A stretch of 64,000 nucleotides of DNA, taken from NCBI GenBank assembly GCA_001822815.1, contig MHSR01000008.1:49602-113601 (forward strand), written 5' to 3'. Positions 35,690 to 44,880 of this stretch are shown in pieces. This DNA is from Candidatus Terrybacteria bacterium RIFCSPHIGHO2_01_FULL_43_35 (lineage in GTDB: Bacteria > Patescibacteriota > Minisyncoccia > Terrybacterales > GWB1-40-14). The position numbers and the translations under genes are program-made. Under the pieces are notes generated by a model that made no database searches, was not told the DNA's origin, and worked only from the letters and a program-made list of their open reading frames with translations. Numbering within the stretch: the first letter of the stretch is position 1; each line of letters starts with the position of its first letter.

Positions 35690-36508
35690 ATGTCTAAATC
35701 CCGCTTGCGCCGTCTGCGCAAAAAAGAACAGGTTGTTTTTAAGTTTTTGTTACGGTTCATTTGGCCGGCTTTTTTTGCTTTTGCCGTGTTTGCTTTTGGA
35801 TTGTTTTTTTGGGGCACATCACGGTTTGACCCTTCGGTCATTAAAATTGAAGGCAATAAAAGAGTAAAGGCCGAAGAAATAGTGGTCGTCGTCAAGCCGT
35901 TCTTTACAGATAAACACATGTTTTTATTTTCCGGCAACGTCTTTATATTTAACCACAAAGGCGCGCGCGCAAGGCTCATGGAATTTTTTCCTAGGATTGC
36001 CGATGCTTCTTTTAAAGTTGACTGGCACATGCGCGAAGTTACGGTTTTGGTTGAGGAACGCACAAAAACCGCCGCTATCTGGTGCGGCTCTCCCGCCGGT
36101 ATAGACGCTTGTTATAACATCGATGAAGACGGAGTCGCTTTTGAAGAAGCATTACCAAGCCAGGGCTTGTTGTTGCTTACGGTTAAAAATGAACGTGACC
36201 AGGATTTGAAACAAATAGGCGAGGCGGTTATAGATAAGGATTTCCTAACTCAATTGATACGTATACGCGACGTTTTGAAAGAAACTTCTCAAGTTGGCGT
36301 CTCGCGTATTATTTTAGAAAAACCCGATGAAGTCGTGGCCGAAACTCTTGAAGGTTGGCGCGTTATTTTCGTGGATTCGCGTCCCATTCAAGATCAAATA
36401 GTCGCCTTGCGCGAGATTTTAAAGGCACAAATACCTAAGGAAAAAAGAGCTGGTCTCGACTACATAGATTTACGCGTGTCTGAAAGAGCTTATTATAAGT
36501 ATAAATGA
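35690..36508 (+). CDS. Cell division protein FtsQ/DivIB-like (POTRA domain)
   Basis: Basic N-terminus, one TM helix, then a POTRA-like segment ('VIKIEGNKRVKAEEIVVVVKP') and a C-terminal beta domain. Confidence 0.5.
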   Translation: MSKSRLRRLRKKEQVVFKFLLRFIWPAFFAFAVFAFGLFFWGTSRFDPSVIKIEGNKRVKAEEIVVVVKPFFTDKHMFLFSGNVFIFNHKGARARLMEFFPRIADASFKVDWHMREVTVLVEERTKTAAIWCGSPAGIDACYNIDEDGVAFEEALPSQGLLLLTVKNERDQDLKQIGEAVIDKDFLTQLIRIRDVLKETSQVGVSRIILEKPDEVVAETLEGWRVIFVDSRPIQDQIVALREILKAQIPKEKRAGLDYIDLRVSERAYYKYK

Positions 36509-36589
36509 TTTTTTACCTTCTCGTAATTTTTTAATGAAAAATCGTCCCGCAACGGTGGGACGATTTTTATTTTACAATTACCTTATATT

Positions 36590-38428
36590 TTACGGCAGGT
36601 TATAAACAAATATTGAGTTGCCAATTATCGCCACTGGCTGGTAATCATTCAGCCAGCAATAGTAATCGGTTGGATGACTCCAGCCCTTGGCTGGAGTCGC
36701 GCAGCCTTCTTGTTTATATGTTGCAGATAGGGCAAACCAGCCGTGCGGTCGGGTTTTTTCTTTCCACCAAGGTTCAAATTTGTCACCCAAATAATATTCC
36801 GGCGGCGCCCAGCCGAAATAATTTACGTTTATTTTTTCTATTTTGTTGTCTTCCACGAATTTGGCAAGATAGCGTAAGTCCTGACCCCAATCTAGGTTAG
36901 AATCAACCGTGATGTTATGGCCGCCGCCTTTCAAGGGCGCAAGTTCATTATACCAGGCTATATAGTGCGGCCAGGCTATAAGCGCTCCGCCGACATACCA
37001 AATAAGCAGCGGCAGAATAAGCATAAGTTTTATGCCCATCCTGGCCATATTTTTGAGAGTATCCAAAAGCTGGGCTAAAGGCGCCATAGATGTCATCTGG
37101 TCGTTTTTTAACCAGTTTATGGCACCAAGAGATATCAACAATATTGTGAATGGGAACACCGGCATTAAGTGTCTGACGCCGATGTTCAAGTTGCTTGATA
37201 TAGAAGTTAGCCAATACATGCCGATATACATCAGTGAGGCCAGAATTATAAAATTTTCAAACGCTATTTTAAATAACCAATTCATGCCAGCTTTAATACT
37301 GGGGACACGCATCATTTTAGCCAAAATATTCTTTATGCCTATGAATATCGTAAGAACGCTTAAAATATGGAATGACAGCGGCACTTTGAACAAATAAACA
37401 ACAGGGAAATATGATTGCCAAGCCGTTGAGGCTACTTGGCCCATGAAGAAAGCGGTATTTCCGCCAGTGGCTCTTTGCAGGACCATAAATAATCCCAGCA
37501 GATATTGAGCCAAGGGTCTCAAAACTGGTATCTGGGTCATCGCTATCACCAGATTCGCGAGGAAAGGTGAACCAAAAGAGCTCAATAACATTTTGGCATC
37601 GTTCATCTGGCGCTCGACAGGATAATTCCACACATGCCATACATATACGATATAAACCACAACGTATCCGATTATGCCTACGGCTATTGTTCCGCCTACG
37701 ATTGTCAGAAAATCTTTGAAGTGTTTTTTAAATGAGCCGTAATCTTCTTTTATCATTTTTAGTATGATCCAGGTAAAAGCCAGAACACCAAAATATGGAA
37801 TGAGCAAGAAATTTGAGAATTTGAATAACTGCGCTATGCCAAACGTGAATCCAGCTGCGAGTAAGGATTTTCTGTCAGGCTTTTTGAAATATTTAAGCAG
37901 GAAATATGTAGCTATAAAACTTCCCGCGGCCGCCGGCACGTCTGTCGTGACCAGTCTTCCGTGCGCCAGGATTACTGGCGAGAAGGCGTATAAGATTATG
38001 GCTATAAGTCCGCCGCCAGCGCCTCCGAGCTCAAAACTTGCACGAAAAACGAACCAACCCAAAGTGATCATTATGGCCAATGGTGCCAGGCGGGCTAAAA
38101 ATACTATTAAGTTGGCGTCATTTCCCGAATAAAAAATAAATTTGCGGCCGAAATCCCACTGTCCATTAATATCCTCTGTCCATGATTTATCATCCGTGGG
38201 CACTTTAAGATTCTTCATGAAAAGCAGGGGTAGGGCTGCCAAGTCTTTCATTAGTGGCGGATGTTCGGGATTGATTCGCATATCTTTTTGCGTGATATAA
38301 GATATGCCCGCGCCTATATGCGGGTCTTCGTCATTGGTCAAGGCATCATTGCGCATGCTTGTTGCGCCCAGGATGATCATCGCAATAAGGCATATTATGG
38401 CTAGGCCTCGTGTTATAGCTGAACTCAT
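36590..38428 (-). CDS. GT-C fold glycosyltransferase (ArnT/PMT/GT39-like), polytopic membrane protein
   Basis: More than 10 TM helices; the N-terminal loop has 'DEDPH' after the first TM, resembling the GT-C catalytic Asp motif; 612 aa. Confidence 0.55.
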   Translation of the reverse strand: MSSAITRGLAIICLIAMIILGATSMRNDALTNDEDPHIGAGISYITQKDMRINPEHPPLMKDLAALPLLFMKNLKVPTDDKSWTEDINGQWDFGRKFIFYSGNDANLIVFLARLAPLAIMITLGWFVFRASFELGGAGGGLIAIILYAFSPVILAHGRLVTTDVPAAAGSFIATYFLLKYFKKPDRKSLLAAGFTFGIAQLFKFSNFLLIPYFGVLAFTWIILKMIKEDYGSFKKHFKDFLTIVGGTIAVGIIGYVVVYIVYVWHVWNYPVERQMNDAKMLLSSFGSPFLANLVIAMTQIPVLRPLAQYLLGLFMVLQRATGGNTAFFMGQVASTAWQSYFPVVYLFKVPLSFHILSVLTIFIGIKNILAKMMRVPSIKAGMNWLFKIAFENFIILASLMYIGMYWLTSISSNLNIGVRHLMPVFPFTILLISLGAINWLKNDQMTSMAPLAQLLDTLKNMARMGIKLMLILPLLIWYVGGALIAWPHYIAWYNELAPLKGGGHNITVDSNLDWGQDLRYLAKFVEDNKIEKINVNYFGWAPPEYYLGDKFEPWWKEKTRPHGWFALSATYKQEGCATPAKGWSHPTDYYCWLNDYQPVAIIGNSIFVYNLP

Positions 38429-38431
38429 AGA

Positions 38432-40045
38432 CTAATTATTTACCTGATAATACGTGAAATCATCGGAATTTTTCTGGATATTGGGAAAAAGATCATAAAT
38501 CTTATTATTTAGTTCGTTGTCATCCTTGTTGGTTAAGACTATTATCGTTTTCTTACCAGACTCTGTTTGAATTTCGTCAAGACGATCGGAGGTCAAATAG
38601 CGTATAGTGTTGTCTTCATTCGTTAAAAAACGTATGGTTGCCGAAGGCATGGGGATGTTGTCCAGGAGCGTTGCGTTTTCGTTCACCACCACGTATTTTA
38701 GCGTATTTTCGTCTTGGTCATTTAAAAATTTAGATATTAATACCAGATCTTGCCGAAAGGCGCCACGGATATTTGGATCATTGGCCCAAGCCACGAAATA
38801 ACGGTTGTAGTTCTCGATTCCCACGGCAAATAGGGCAAGTATAAGCAACGCGGCGGCCAGCTTCACATTTTTTATCTTTAAGTTCCTGCGCCAGAAATCC
38901 CATATCCAGATAAGTCCTATCGTGGCCAGTATTATTACTGGCGGTATAGCTCCGATAGATCTTAGCGCATGGGGCAAGCCTTCGTTGGTCAGCATTGCCG
39001 GCATAAGCATGACAAAGAGCCAGCCGAAAATAAACACAACAGGGAAAGCTCCGGCAATATTTTTTTCTTTGAACGCCAAGAATGTATTTTTGATCAAAAT
39101 CAACGCGCCTATTAGAAATACAGCGCTTACCAGTAAGGTTAGTTGTGGCGCGCCGGCCAGGTTATGCCGCCAGTTCCAGTCTCCGGCGATATTGAACATT
39201 AACGCTGTTTTGGCCGCGCTTTCTAAAAAAGTAAGTATAGGATTTGTTGAAGCGAATACAGATATACCGCTTGAGCGACTGGAAATATCCTGTGGGTGTG
39301 AAAGTAAATATCCCAAAAGCGGTATCATGGTGACCACGGTCGCGATGCCAAGAACAATATAATGCGAGAAAAACGTCTTGAAGCTTTCTGTCTTGCGATG
39401 CACTCGCCACGAAACTGCGTCAAATATAAAAACGGCTAAACCAAGAATGGGGGAGAGTCTGAAGCCGATATATGAATAAAAACCCAGGCCCCACCAAAAT
39501 CCAGAAAGGATATAATTTTTTATTTGCTTTGTGCGCATGCCGCGTAAAAGAAATAACAGGGCCAAGGACAATAAAAAAGAAACCATTATGGCCCGGAAGC
39601 CTATACGTGAAAAGTGTACATGCCACGAGTTTACGGCAAGAAGGAAAGTGGCCGTTGGCACAAAGTATTCATTATTAAAAAACGAAAACGCCTCATTATT
39701 TTTAGTGAGACGTTCTTTAAAGAAACTCAAAAATTCTTTCAAAAGGAAATAGAAGATTAAAACCGTTAACGTGCCTATGGCGGCGCTGGTGGCGCGTAAG
39801 GACCAGGCCGTTGGACCGAATATTTGTACGGAAAGGACCTGCAGGTTTATGAATAGACCTTCCCGCCCGTTGTTTTCAGGGTAAAAAGCCTCGAAATCGG
39901 CGTTATTGAGGGCATGAATAGCATTTACGCCATTCATGGCTTCATCTGGATAAAGGCCCGGCGGTAGCTCATTAAGATGCCAAAAGCGAAAAAATGCCCC
40001 GATGGCAACGATGATTATTAGTGTAAGGGCCGTTTTTCTGTCCAT
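38432..40045 (-). CDS. GT-C fold glycosyltransferase (GT39/ArnT-like), second tandem copy
   Basis: 'LYPDEAMNGVNAIH' DE-motif in the first periplasmic loop and many TM helices; 537 aa. Confidence 0.55.
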   Translation of the reverse strand: MDRKTALTLIIIVAIGAFFRFWHLNELPPGLYPDEAMNGVNAIHALNNADFEAFYPENNGREGLFINLQVLSVQIFGPTAWSLRATSAAIGTLTVLIFYFLLKEFLSFFKERLTKNNEAFSFFNNEYFVPTATFLLAVNSWHVHFSRIGFRAIMVSFLLSLALLFLLRGMRTKQIKNYILSGFWWGLGFYSYIGFRLSPILGLAVFIFDAVSWRVHRKTESFKTFFSHYIVLGIATVVTMIPLLGYLLSHPQDISSRSSGISVFASTNPILTFLESAAKTALMFNIAGDWNWRHNLAGAPQLTLLVSAVFLIGALILIKNTFLAFKEKNIAGAFPVVFIFGWLFVMLMPAMLTNEGLPHALRSIGAIPPVIILATIGLIWIWDFWRRNLKIKNVKLAAALLILALFAVGIENYNRYFVAWANDPNIRGAFRQDLVLISKFLNDQDENTLKYVVVNENATLLDNIPMPSATIRFLTNEDNTIRYLTSDRLDEIQTESGKKTIIVLTNKDDNELNNKIYDLFPNIQKNSDDFTYYQVNN

Positions 40046-40126
40046 AAGATAAATTATAACATTTTTAAACCTTAATCTTTAGATGTTTATGCGACAGGAA
40101 AAGCTTTTGGGGTTATAATATTATTC

Positions 40127-40801
40127 ATGACCAGCGTTTTGGGGCTTCAGCCTCTTAAAATCAAAGATATCGTCATTGTAGCGGTTTTGGGCGAAATAGT
40201 CGGTGCTTTTGGGTTTGCGATAGTAAACAATCAGCCGGCCCTAGAGGGCATTTTCACTAAAATATTGCCACAATTCGTTTTGTTGCCGCTTTTTGTTTTG
40301 GGTGTGCCGATGGCCGCCGTTGTGGCTCTGCTGTTCGCCTATTTTTTAGCCAAGAAAATAAAACCAATATTTTTCCAGATGGGCAAGTTTGCCGCGGTGG
40401 GGTTTTCTAATACCGCAATTGATTGGGGGATCTTCAATCTAATTTTGGCTCCTATCGGTTTTTCCAGCGCCGGACAAGTTATTTATGCTTTAGGCAAGGG
40501 TATTTCTTTTGCCTTTGCAACGCTCAACTCTTTCGTATGGAATAAATTCTGGTCTTTTGAGAAGAAAGAAACCAAGGGAGTCGGCAAGGAGGCCGCAAAA
40601 TTTTACGCCTTTACGGCAGTGGGTCTTGTCATCAATGTTACAGTTGCTCTTATTGTCCGAAACATAGGTCCGCATTCTGATTTATGGGGCGGGGTGGTTT
40701 CTCCAGCCTTGGCCACGGCCGTTTCCATGATTTGGGATTTTTTCGCCTACAAATTTTTCGTTTTTAAATCTGGGCAGCCGGCCGTTGAGCCGGAGAAGTA
40801 A
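40127..40801 (+). CDS. GtrA-family membrane protein (polysaccharide-precursor flippase-like) with an N-terminal extension
   Basis: 'MGKFAAVGFSNTAIDWGIFNLIL' is the canonical GtrA start of the 4-TM domain, located after ~85 extra residues. Confidence 0.65.
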   Translation: MTSVLGLQPLKIKDIVIVAVLGEIVGAFGFAIVNNQPALEGIFTKILPQFVLLPLFVLGVPMAAVVALLFAYFLAKKIKPIFFQMGKFAAVGFSNTAIDWGIFNLILAPIGFSSAGQVIYALGKGISFAFATLNSFVWNKFWSFEKKETKGVGKEAAKFYAFTAVGLVINVTVALIVRNIGPHSDLWGGVVSPALATAVSMIWDFFAYKFFVFKSGQPAVEPEK

Positions 40802-40832
40802 TTTTAAAACCCCGCCTGAAGCGGGGTTTTGG

Positions 40833-41324
40833 TTAGAGTATTTTTTGCGTTAACCACGGCAATATTATTTTATATATTCCTGTCCAGATGAGCAGGCCTT
40901 GCGTCATGGCCATTACTGATCCCAGCATTGCGACCGCAATCGCCCGCCTCTTTTTAATATTCAGCATGAAAGCCGCTGGAATGGCGAACCAAGCCCCTGT
41001 TACCGGCAGAGGGAACGCCATGATGGCTATTACGCCAAGCTCTGGAATTCCCTTGAATCTTTCCAGGTTTATTTTTTGTGCGCGGGAAATGATTTTTTTA
41101 GCAAGAATGTGTTTTTCAGCAAAATCCAGGCCGTGTTTATACAATACGTGTGAAAGGATCAGTATTAGCGTAAAATGCCCGCCAAGCAGCAATACTGCGG
41201 CTGGCAATAGTTCAAGTTTGGCTATTATCAGAGCAAACGGCACGCCCCACGGCATTTCAACAAACGGCATCATTACCACAAATGGCACGAACACTTTTAG
41301 AATTGTTTCAAAGCCAATATCCAT
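40833..41324 (-). CDS. Hypothetical small polytopic membrane protein (COG2426-like)
   Basis: 163 aa with 4-5 TM helices. Preferred over the overlapping + strand ORF 40888..41337, which has odd composition. Confidence 0.35.
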   Translation of the reverse strand: MDIGFETILKVFVPFVVMMPFVEMPWGVPFALIIAKLELLPAAVLLLGGHFTLILILSHVLYKHGLDFAEKHILAKKIISRAQKINLERFKGIPELGVIAIMAFPLPVTGAWFAIPAAFMLNIKKRRAIAVAMLGSVMAMTQGLLIWTGIYKIILPWLTQKIL

Positions 41325-41389
41325 ATCCGAATTGTAATTGATAAGGCGTATTTATTAAAGCCCTTTTCAGCGGCAAAAATTGTGTTAAA

Positions 41390-42562
41390 ATGACGGCGCA
41401 TATGGCGAACCAAGTTTTATATAGGAAATATCGACCTTCGACCTTCGCTGAGATTGTGGGACAGGAGCATGTGGTGCGCACGTTGACCAACGCTTTGTTG
41501 TTGGATAAGGTCGCTCACGCCTATCTCTTCAACGGTCCGCGCGGCACGGGCAAAACCACCACCGCACGCCTTTTGGCAAGGTATTTGAATTGTGCCGTGT
41601 TGTCCGCCAAGCGAAGCGAGGCGATGATAACACGAGCATCCGCCGAGGCTTTTAGCGAAGGCGGATTCCAATCTGTTTGTTCTAAAGAAAACGCCTGTAT
41701 AAATTGTTCCTCTTTTTTTCTGGGCAACCATCCTGATTTAATAGAAATAGATGCCGCTTCAAACCGCGGCATAGACGAGATACGCGCTTTAAAAGAAGGC
41801 ATACGTTTTTCGCCGGTGCAGGCTCCTTTCAAGTTTTTCATTGTGGACGAAGTGCACATGCTCACTAAAGAAGCTTTCAACGCTCTTTTAAAAACTTTGG
41901 AAGAGCCTCCAAAGCATGCAATCTTTGTTTTGGCTACCACCGAAATACATAAAGTTCCCGCAACCGTAATTTCTCGCTGTCAGCGTTTCGATTTCCGGCG
42001 TCTGAATCTGGACGAAATAAAAAATAGGCTCTCATCGATTGCTCAGCAGGAAAAAGTTGCTGCGGACGATGAAGCGCTCGAGCTTATAGCTTCCTACGCC
42101 GATGGTTCTCAACGCGATGCTGAAAGTTTGCTTGATCAGGTTATGGCATTCAATGACCGGCATATAACCTTGGCCGATGTTGCTTCGGTCTTGGGCTTGA
42201 TAGGCTTGCCATTTATACGTTCATTTGTGGATGCTTTAGCCCTAAAAAACGCGCCCAGAGCTCTTTCATTGGTGGGTGAAGCAATTGAAGGCGGCTACGA
42301 CGTTGAGCAATTCCTTAAAGTCCTGATTTCTTATCTGCGCGATGTTTTATTGCTGGCAATTAATCCGCAAGTTATAGAATATATAGCCAAACGCTCTGGA
42401 AACGATTACGCCCAAGCCGCGTTGGCTCATGCGCAAATGCTTCAACCAAATATATTAACCGGTCTAATTGAGCGGTTCCTGGAGGCCGGAAAACAGATAA
42501 AATATTCTCCTTCACCGCAGTTGCCCCTTGAAGTAGCCGTGGTTGAATTACTCAGTTCTTAA
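41390..42562 (+). CDS. dnaX: DNA polymerase III subunit gamma/tau, short form (390 aa)
   Basis: 'YRKYRPSTFAEIVGQEHVV...AHAYLFNGPRGTGKTTTARLLA' AAA+ clamp-loader motifs, a Cys-rich zinc-module region, and 'IVDEVHML'. Confidence 0.85.
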   Translation: MTAHMANQVLYRKYRPSTFAEIVGQEHVVRTLTNALLLDKVAHAYLFNGPRGTGKTTTARLLARYLNCAVLSAKRSEAMITRASAEAFSEGGFQSVCSKENACINCSSFFLGNHPDLIEIDAASNRGIDEIRALKEGIRFSPVQAPFKFFIVDEVHMLTKEAFNALLKTLEEPPKHAIFVLATTEIHKVPATVISRCQRFDFRRLNLDEIKNRLSSIAQQEKVAADDEALELIASYADGSQRDAESLLDQVMAFNDRHITLADVASVLGLIGLPFIRSFVDALALKNAPRALSLVGEAIEGGYDVEQFLKVLISYLRDVLLLAINPQVIEYIAKRSGNDYAQAALAHAQMLQPNILTGLIERFLEAGKQIKYSPSPQLPLEVAVVELLSS

Positions 42563-42725
42563 AACACTCAAAATTTGGTGTCTAAGGCTGCGGGGTCGTC
42601 TAATGGGCTCGAGACAACCGCTTGTCTCGAGCGGGCATTTTAGCAATTTGTCCTCAAATTGCGTTAAGGAATGCCCGGGCAAGACAGAGACTTTGAAGTT
42701 ACATTTAAAAATTTATAGCCAGCGC

Positions 42726-42796
42726 TGCGGGATCGTCTAATGGTAGGACATGAGCCTTTGAAGCTCAGTATCTTGGTTCGAATCCAAGTCCCGCAG
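42726..42796 (+). tRNA. tRNA-Gln (anticodon UUG)
   Basis: Hand-folded cloverleaf. Acceptor 'tgcggga/tcccgca' with a U1:A72 pair, as in bacterial tRNA-Gln. D-stem 'gtct/ggac'. Anticodon stem 'tgagc/gctca' with loop 'ctTTGaa'. T-stem 'cttgg/ccaag' with loop 'ttcgaat'. Discriminator G; no encoded CCA. Confidence 0.8.
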
Positions 42797-42893
42797 CGCT
42801 GGCTATAAAATATATTATTAGTTTTCGGATCCAAGCCCCGCAGTCACTTACATTTTTTATCGACCAATTGAAGACGCGTAATCCGATTGCTAA

Positions 42894-42925
42894 TAAAAAA
42901 AGGCCGTTCATGTCGAACGGTCTAA
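42894..42925 (-). terminator. Rho-independent terminator for the minus-strand gene 42975..43556
   Basis: On the minus strand this reads 'agaccgttcgacatgaacggcct' + 'ttttttt'. Confidence 0.55.
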
Positions 42926-42974
42926 TATTATTTTTTACTGCACTTTATGAACTCGCGCAAAGCGCATTACTTAG

Positions 42975-43556
42975 TTACTTGCGTTGATAATATTTAGTGC
43001 CTTTGTTTGTAGGCGCTACGTCGCTTCCATTGCGCGCGATGGCAACGAGTCGCAATGCCACAGTTAACAGAATTCCCCATACCACCGATAGTACAATCAT
43101 AAGAAGAAGGGCGATATTCAGTCCAGGTATACTAATTCCGTCTTCGGATCTGTATAACTGCGAGGTAGTGTTTGACGTTGAAACTGTTATGGTAATGGTT
43201 TCTGGCTGGGCTTTGTCTTGTGTTTCGTATGTAATGTAGACGATATGTTTGCCTGACGGCATCGGATGAGGTTTTATTACCGCCATGCCGTCTTGGTCAG
43301 TTACCGTCCTTCCGAGTTCAACTTTGCCAGTTACACCTAAAAAAGATTCATCGGCGCGGAGTGTTACAATGGCATTGGCAAGCGGTAAGTTGGTTTTTGC
43401 GGAACGAATCGCAATTTGAAATTCTTCTGCGCCGTTCTGGTTAATTATCGACACCTCTGCCATTGCGTGAGAGGCGTTAACGTTGTTAGCCGGGAAGAAA
43501 ACGGTGGCAGAAATAACTACCGTAATAGCGATCAGTTTAACAGTCGTCTTCATCAT
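42975..43556 (-). CDS. Secreted/membrane-anchored hypothetical protein with a carboxypeptidase-regulatory-like beta-sandwich segment
   Basis: N-terminal signal/TM sequence and C-terminal TM sequence; the 'VTDQDGMAV' region resembles a CarbopepD_reg-like fold. Confidence 0.4.
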   Translation of the reverse strand: MMKTTVKLIAITVVISATVFFPANNVNASHAMAEVSIINQNGAEEFQIAIRSAKTNLPLANAIVTLRADESFLGVTGKVELGRTVTDQDGMAVIKPHPMPSGKHIVYITYETQDKAQPETITITVSTSNTTSQLYRSEDGISIPGLNIALLLMIVLSVVWGILLTVALRLVAIARNGSDVAPTNKGTKYYQRK

Positions 43557-43979
43557 TTCTTCAGTCCTTTTTTCAAAGAATTATCGTACTGTTAGACAAT
43601 AACAGAACTTAGTGTAAGGATCAAGTGATTTATATTTCTGCAAGGGAATAGTCAGATGATGTCTTTTTGTATCTTATCTGCACTAAAAAAGCCACACAAG
43701 AAAGTATCATTTTTGCGGCACTTTTTGTTAGAATAAAATTGCTCGAGACACGTCGTTTGTGATAAGATTTAAATAGCTAAGAATCCTTACCGGGTTTGAC
43801 AGGTTGTCGGTTCTAGCTCGAGGACGCCAGCTGATAGAAAATCTTTCTCGCTCTTAGCGAGATTAGATTTTCATCATCCCGAGGATCCACGCGACGAGGG
43901 GCTACCATTCGTGATAGGCCATTCGGCTCTGAGAGCCTCAGACTCGATGAGTTATCCCGCTCGAGGTGCTTTAAGATTT

Positions 43980-44540
43980 ATGAAAAAAATAATAAGATGC
44001 CAGTGGGTTAGGAGTGGCGATTCCTTGATGGCAAAATACCACGATACAGAGTGGGGCGTGCCGATTAAGGATGATAATAAAATATTTGAATTCCTGGTAC
44101 TGGAGAGTTTTCAGGCCGGTTTAAGCTGGCGAACTATATTGAATAAGAGAGTAAATTTTGAGAAGGCCTTTGCCAGATTTAATCCAAAAAAAGTTGTGGC
44201 GTTCACCGCGCACGACAAAGCCCGTCTTATGAAGAATAAAGGGATTGTCCGCAACCGGGCTAAAATTGAAGCGGCCATCAATAATGCCACCAAGTTTCTG
44301 GAGATCCAAAAGGAATTCGGAACATTCTCAAAATACATGTGGGACTTTGTTGGTGGAAAGCCGATAGTCCATACAATAAAGAAAATGGACGAGTACCCAA
44401 CATCAATCTCCGAAGCGGAAGTGTGGGCAAAAGATTTAAAGAAAAGGGGATTTAAGTTTTTGGGGCCTACCACGCTCTATGCCCACATGCAGGCCGTTGG
44501 GATGGTCAATGACCACATGGTCAGGTGTTTTAAGAGATAA
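43980..44540 (+). CDS. tag: DNA-3-methyladenine glycosylase I
   Basis: 'CQWVRSGDSLMAKYHDTEWGVPIKDDNKIFEFLVLESFQAGLSWRTILNKR' is the canonical Tag start (HhH-GPD with a Zn site). Listed ORF 43911 reads through the GC-rich leader. Confidence 0.85.
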   Translation: MKKIIRCQWVRSGDSLMAKYHDTEWGVPIKDDNKIFEFLVLESFQAGLSWRTILNKRVNFEKAFARFNPKKVVAFTAHDKARLMKNKGIVRNRAKIEAAINNATKFLEIQKEFGTFSKYMWDFVGGKPIVHTIKKMDEYPTSISEAEVWAKDLKKRGFKFLGPTTLYAHMQAVGMVNDHMVRCFKR

Positions 44541-44676
44541 TAGATCTGCGGATGGTTCTAGCCCGAGGTGGTCTGTAATACAGAACACGGTCTGCCCGAC
44601 TACGAAGCATAAAGTCGAAGGGGGTTTCGTGATACAATGAGGTCATGCGACGGCTCGCTTTTTCATTAGAGGCTTC

Positions 44677-44880
44677 ATGGAAGAGCTTATTGAAGACGGC
44701 AAAACGGGTTTTGTTTTAGAGAGTAATATTGATGCCCTGATTGGTGCCATGCAGAAGATTGATACAATTGATAGATCTCAAGTCCGCAGGCCTGTTGAGC
44801 AGAAGTTTAGTAAAGAGAGAATGACCGATGAATATGAGAAATTATATTACGAATTATGCCAAAACGGAGCTCAAAAATAG
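44677..44880 (+). pseudogene. Remnant: C-terminal ~65 aa of a GT4 glycosyltransferase
   Basis: 'EELIEDGKTGFVLESNIDAL...' is the GT4 E..G..G C-terminal motif; no N-terminal domain is encoded upstream. Confidence 0.45.

Noticed and set aside
40888-41337. 149-aa + strand ORF overlapping the minus-strand membrane-protein gene
   Set aside because: Its Ala/Ser/Ile-rich composition mirrors the hydrophobic minus-strand gene, and the minus-strand ORF has clear TM periodicity.
42543-42740. 65-aa + strand ORF overlapping the tRNA-Gln region
   Set aside because: It overlaps the tRNA gene and the palindromic and tRNA-fragment repeats. Its composition follows the GC-rich repeats, not coding sequence.
43911-43979. 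N-terminal 23-aa extension of tag in the listed ORF
   Set aside because: It reads through the GC-rich leader. The conserved leader motifs are in a different frame from those of greA, so they are not coding. The Tag start 'MKKIIRCQW' is at 43980.
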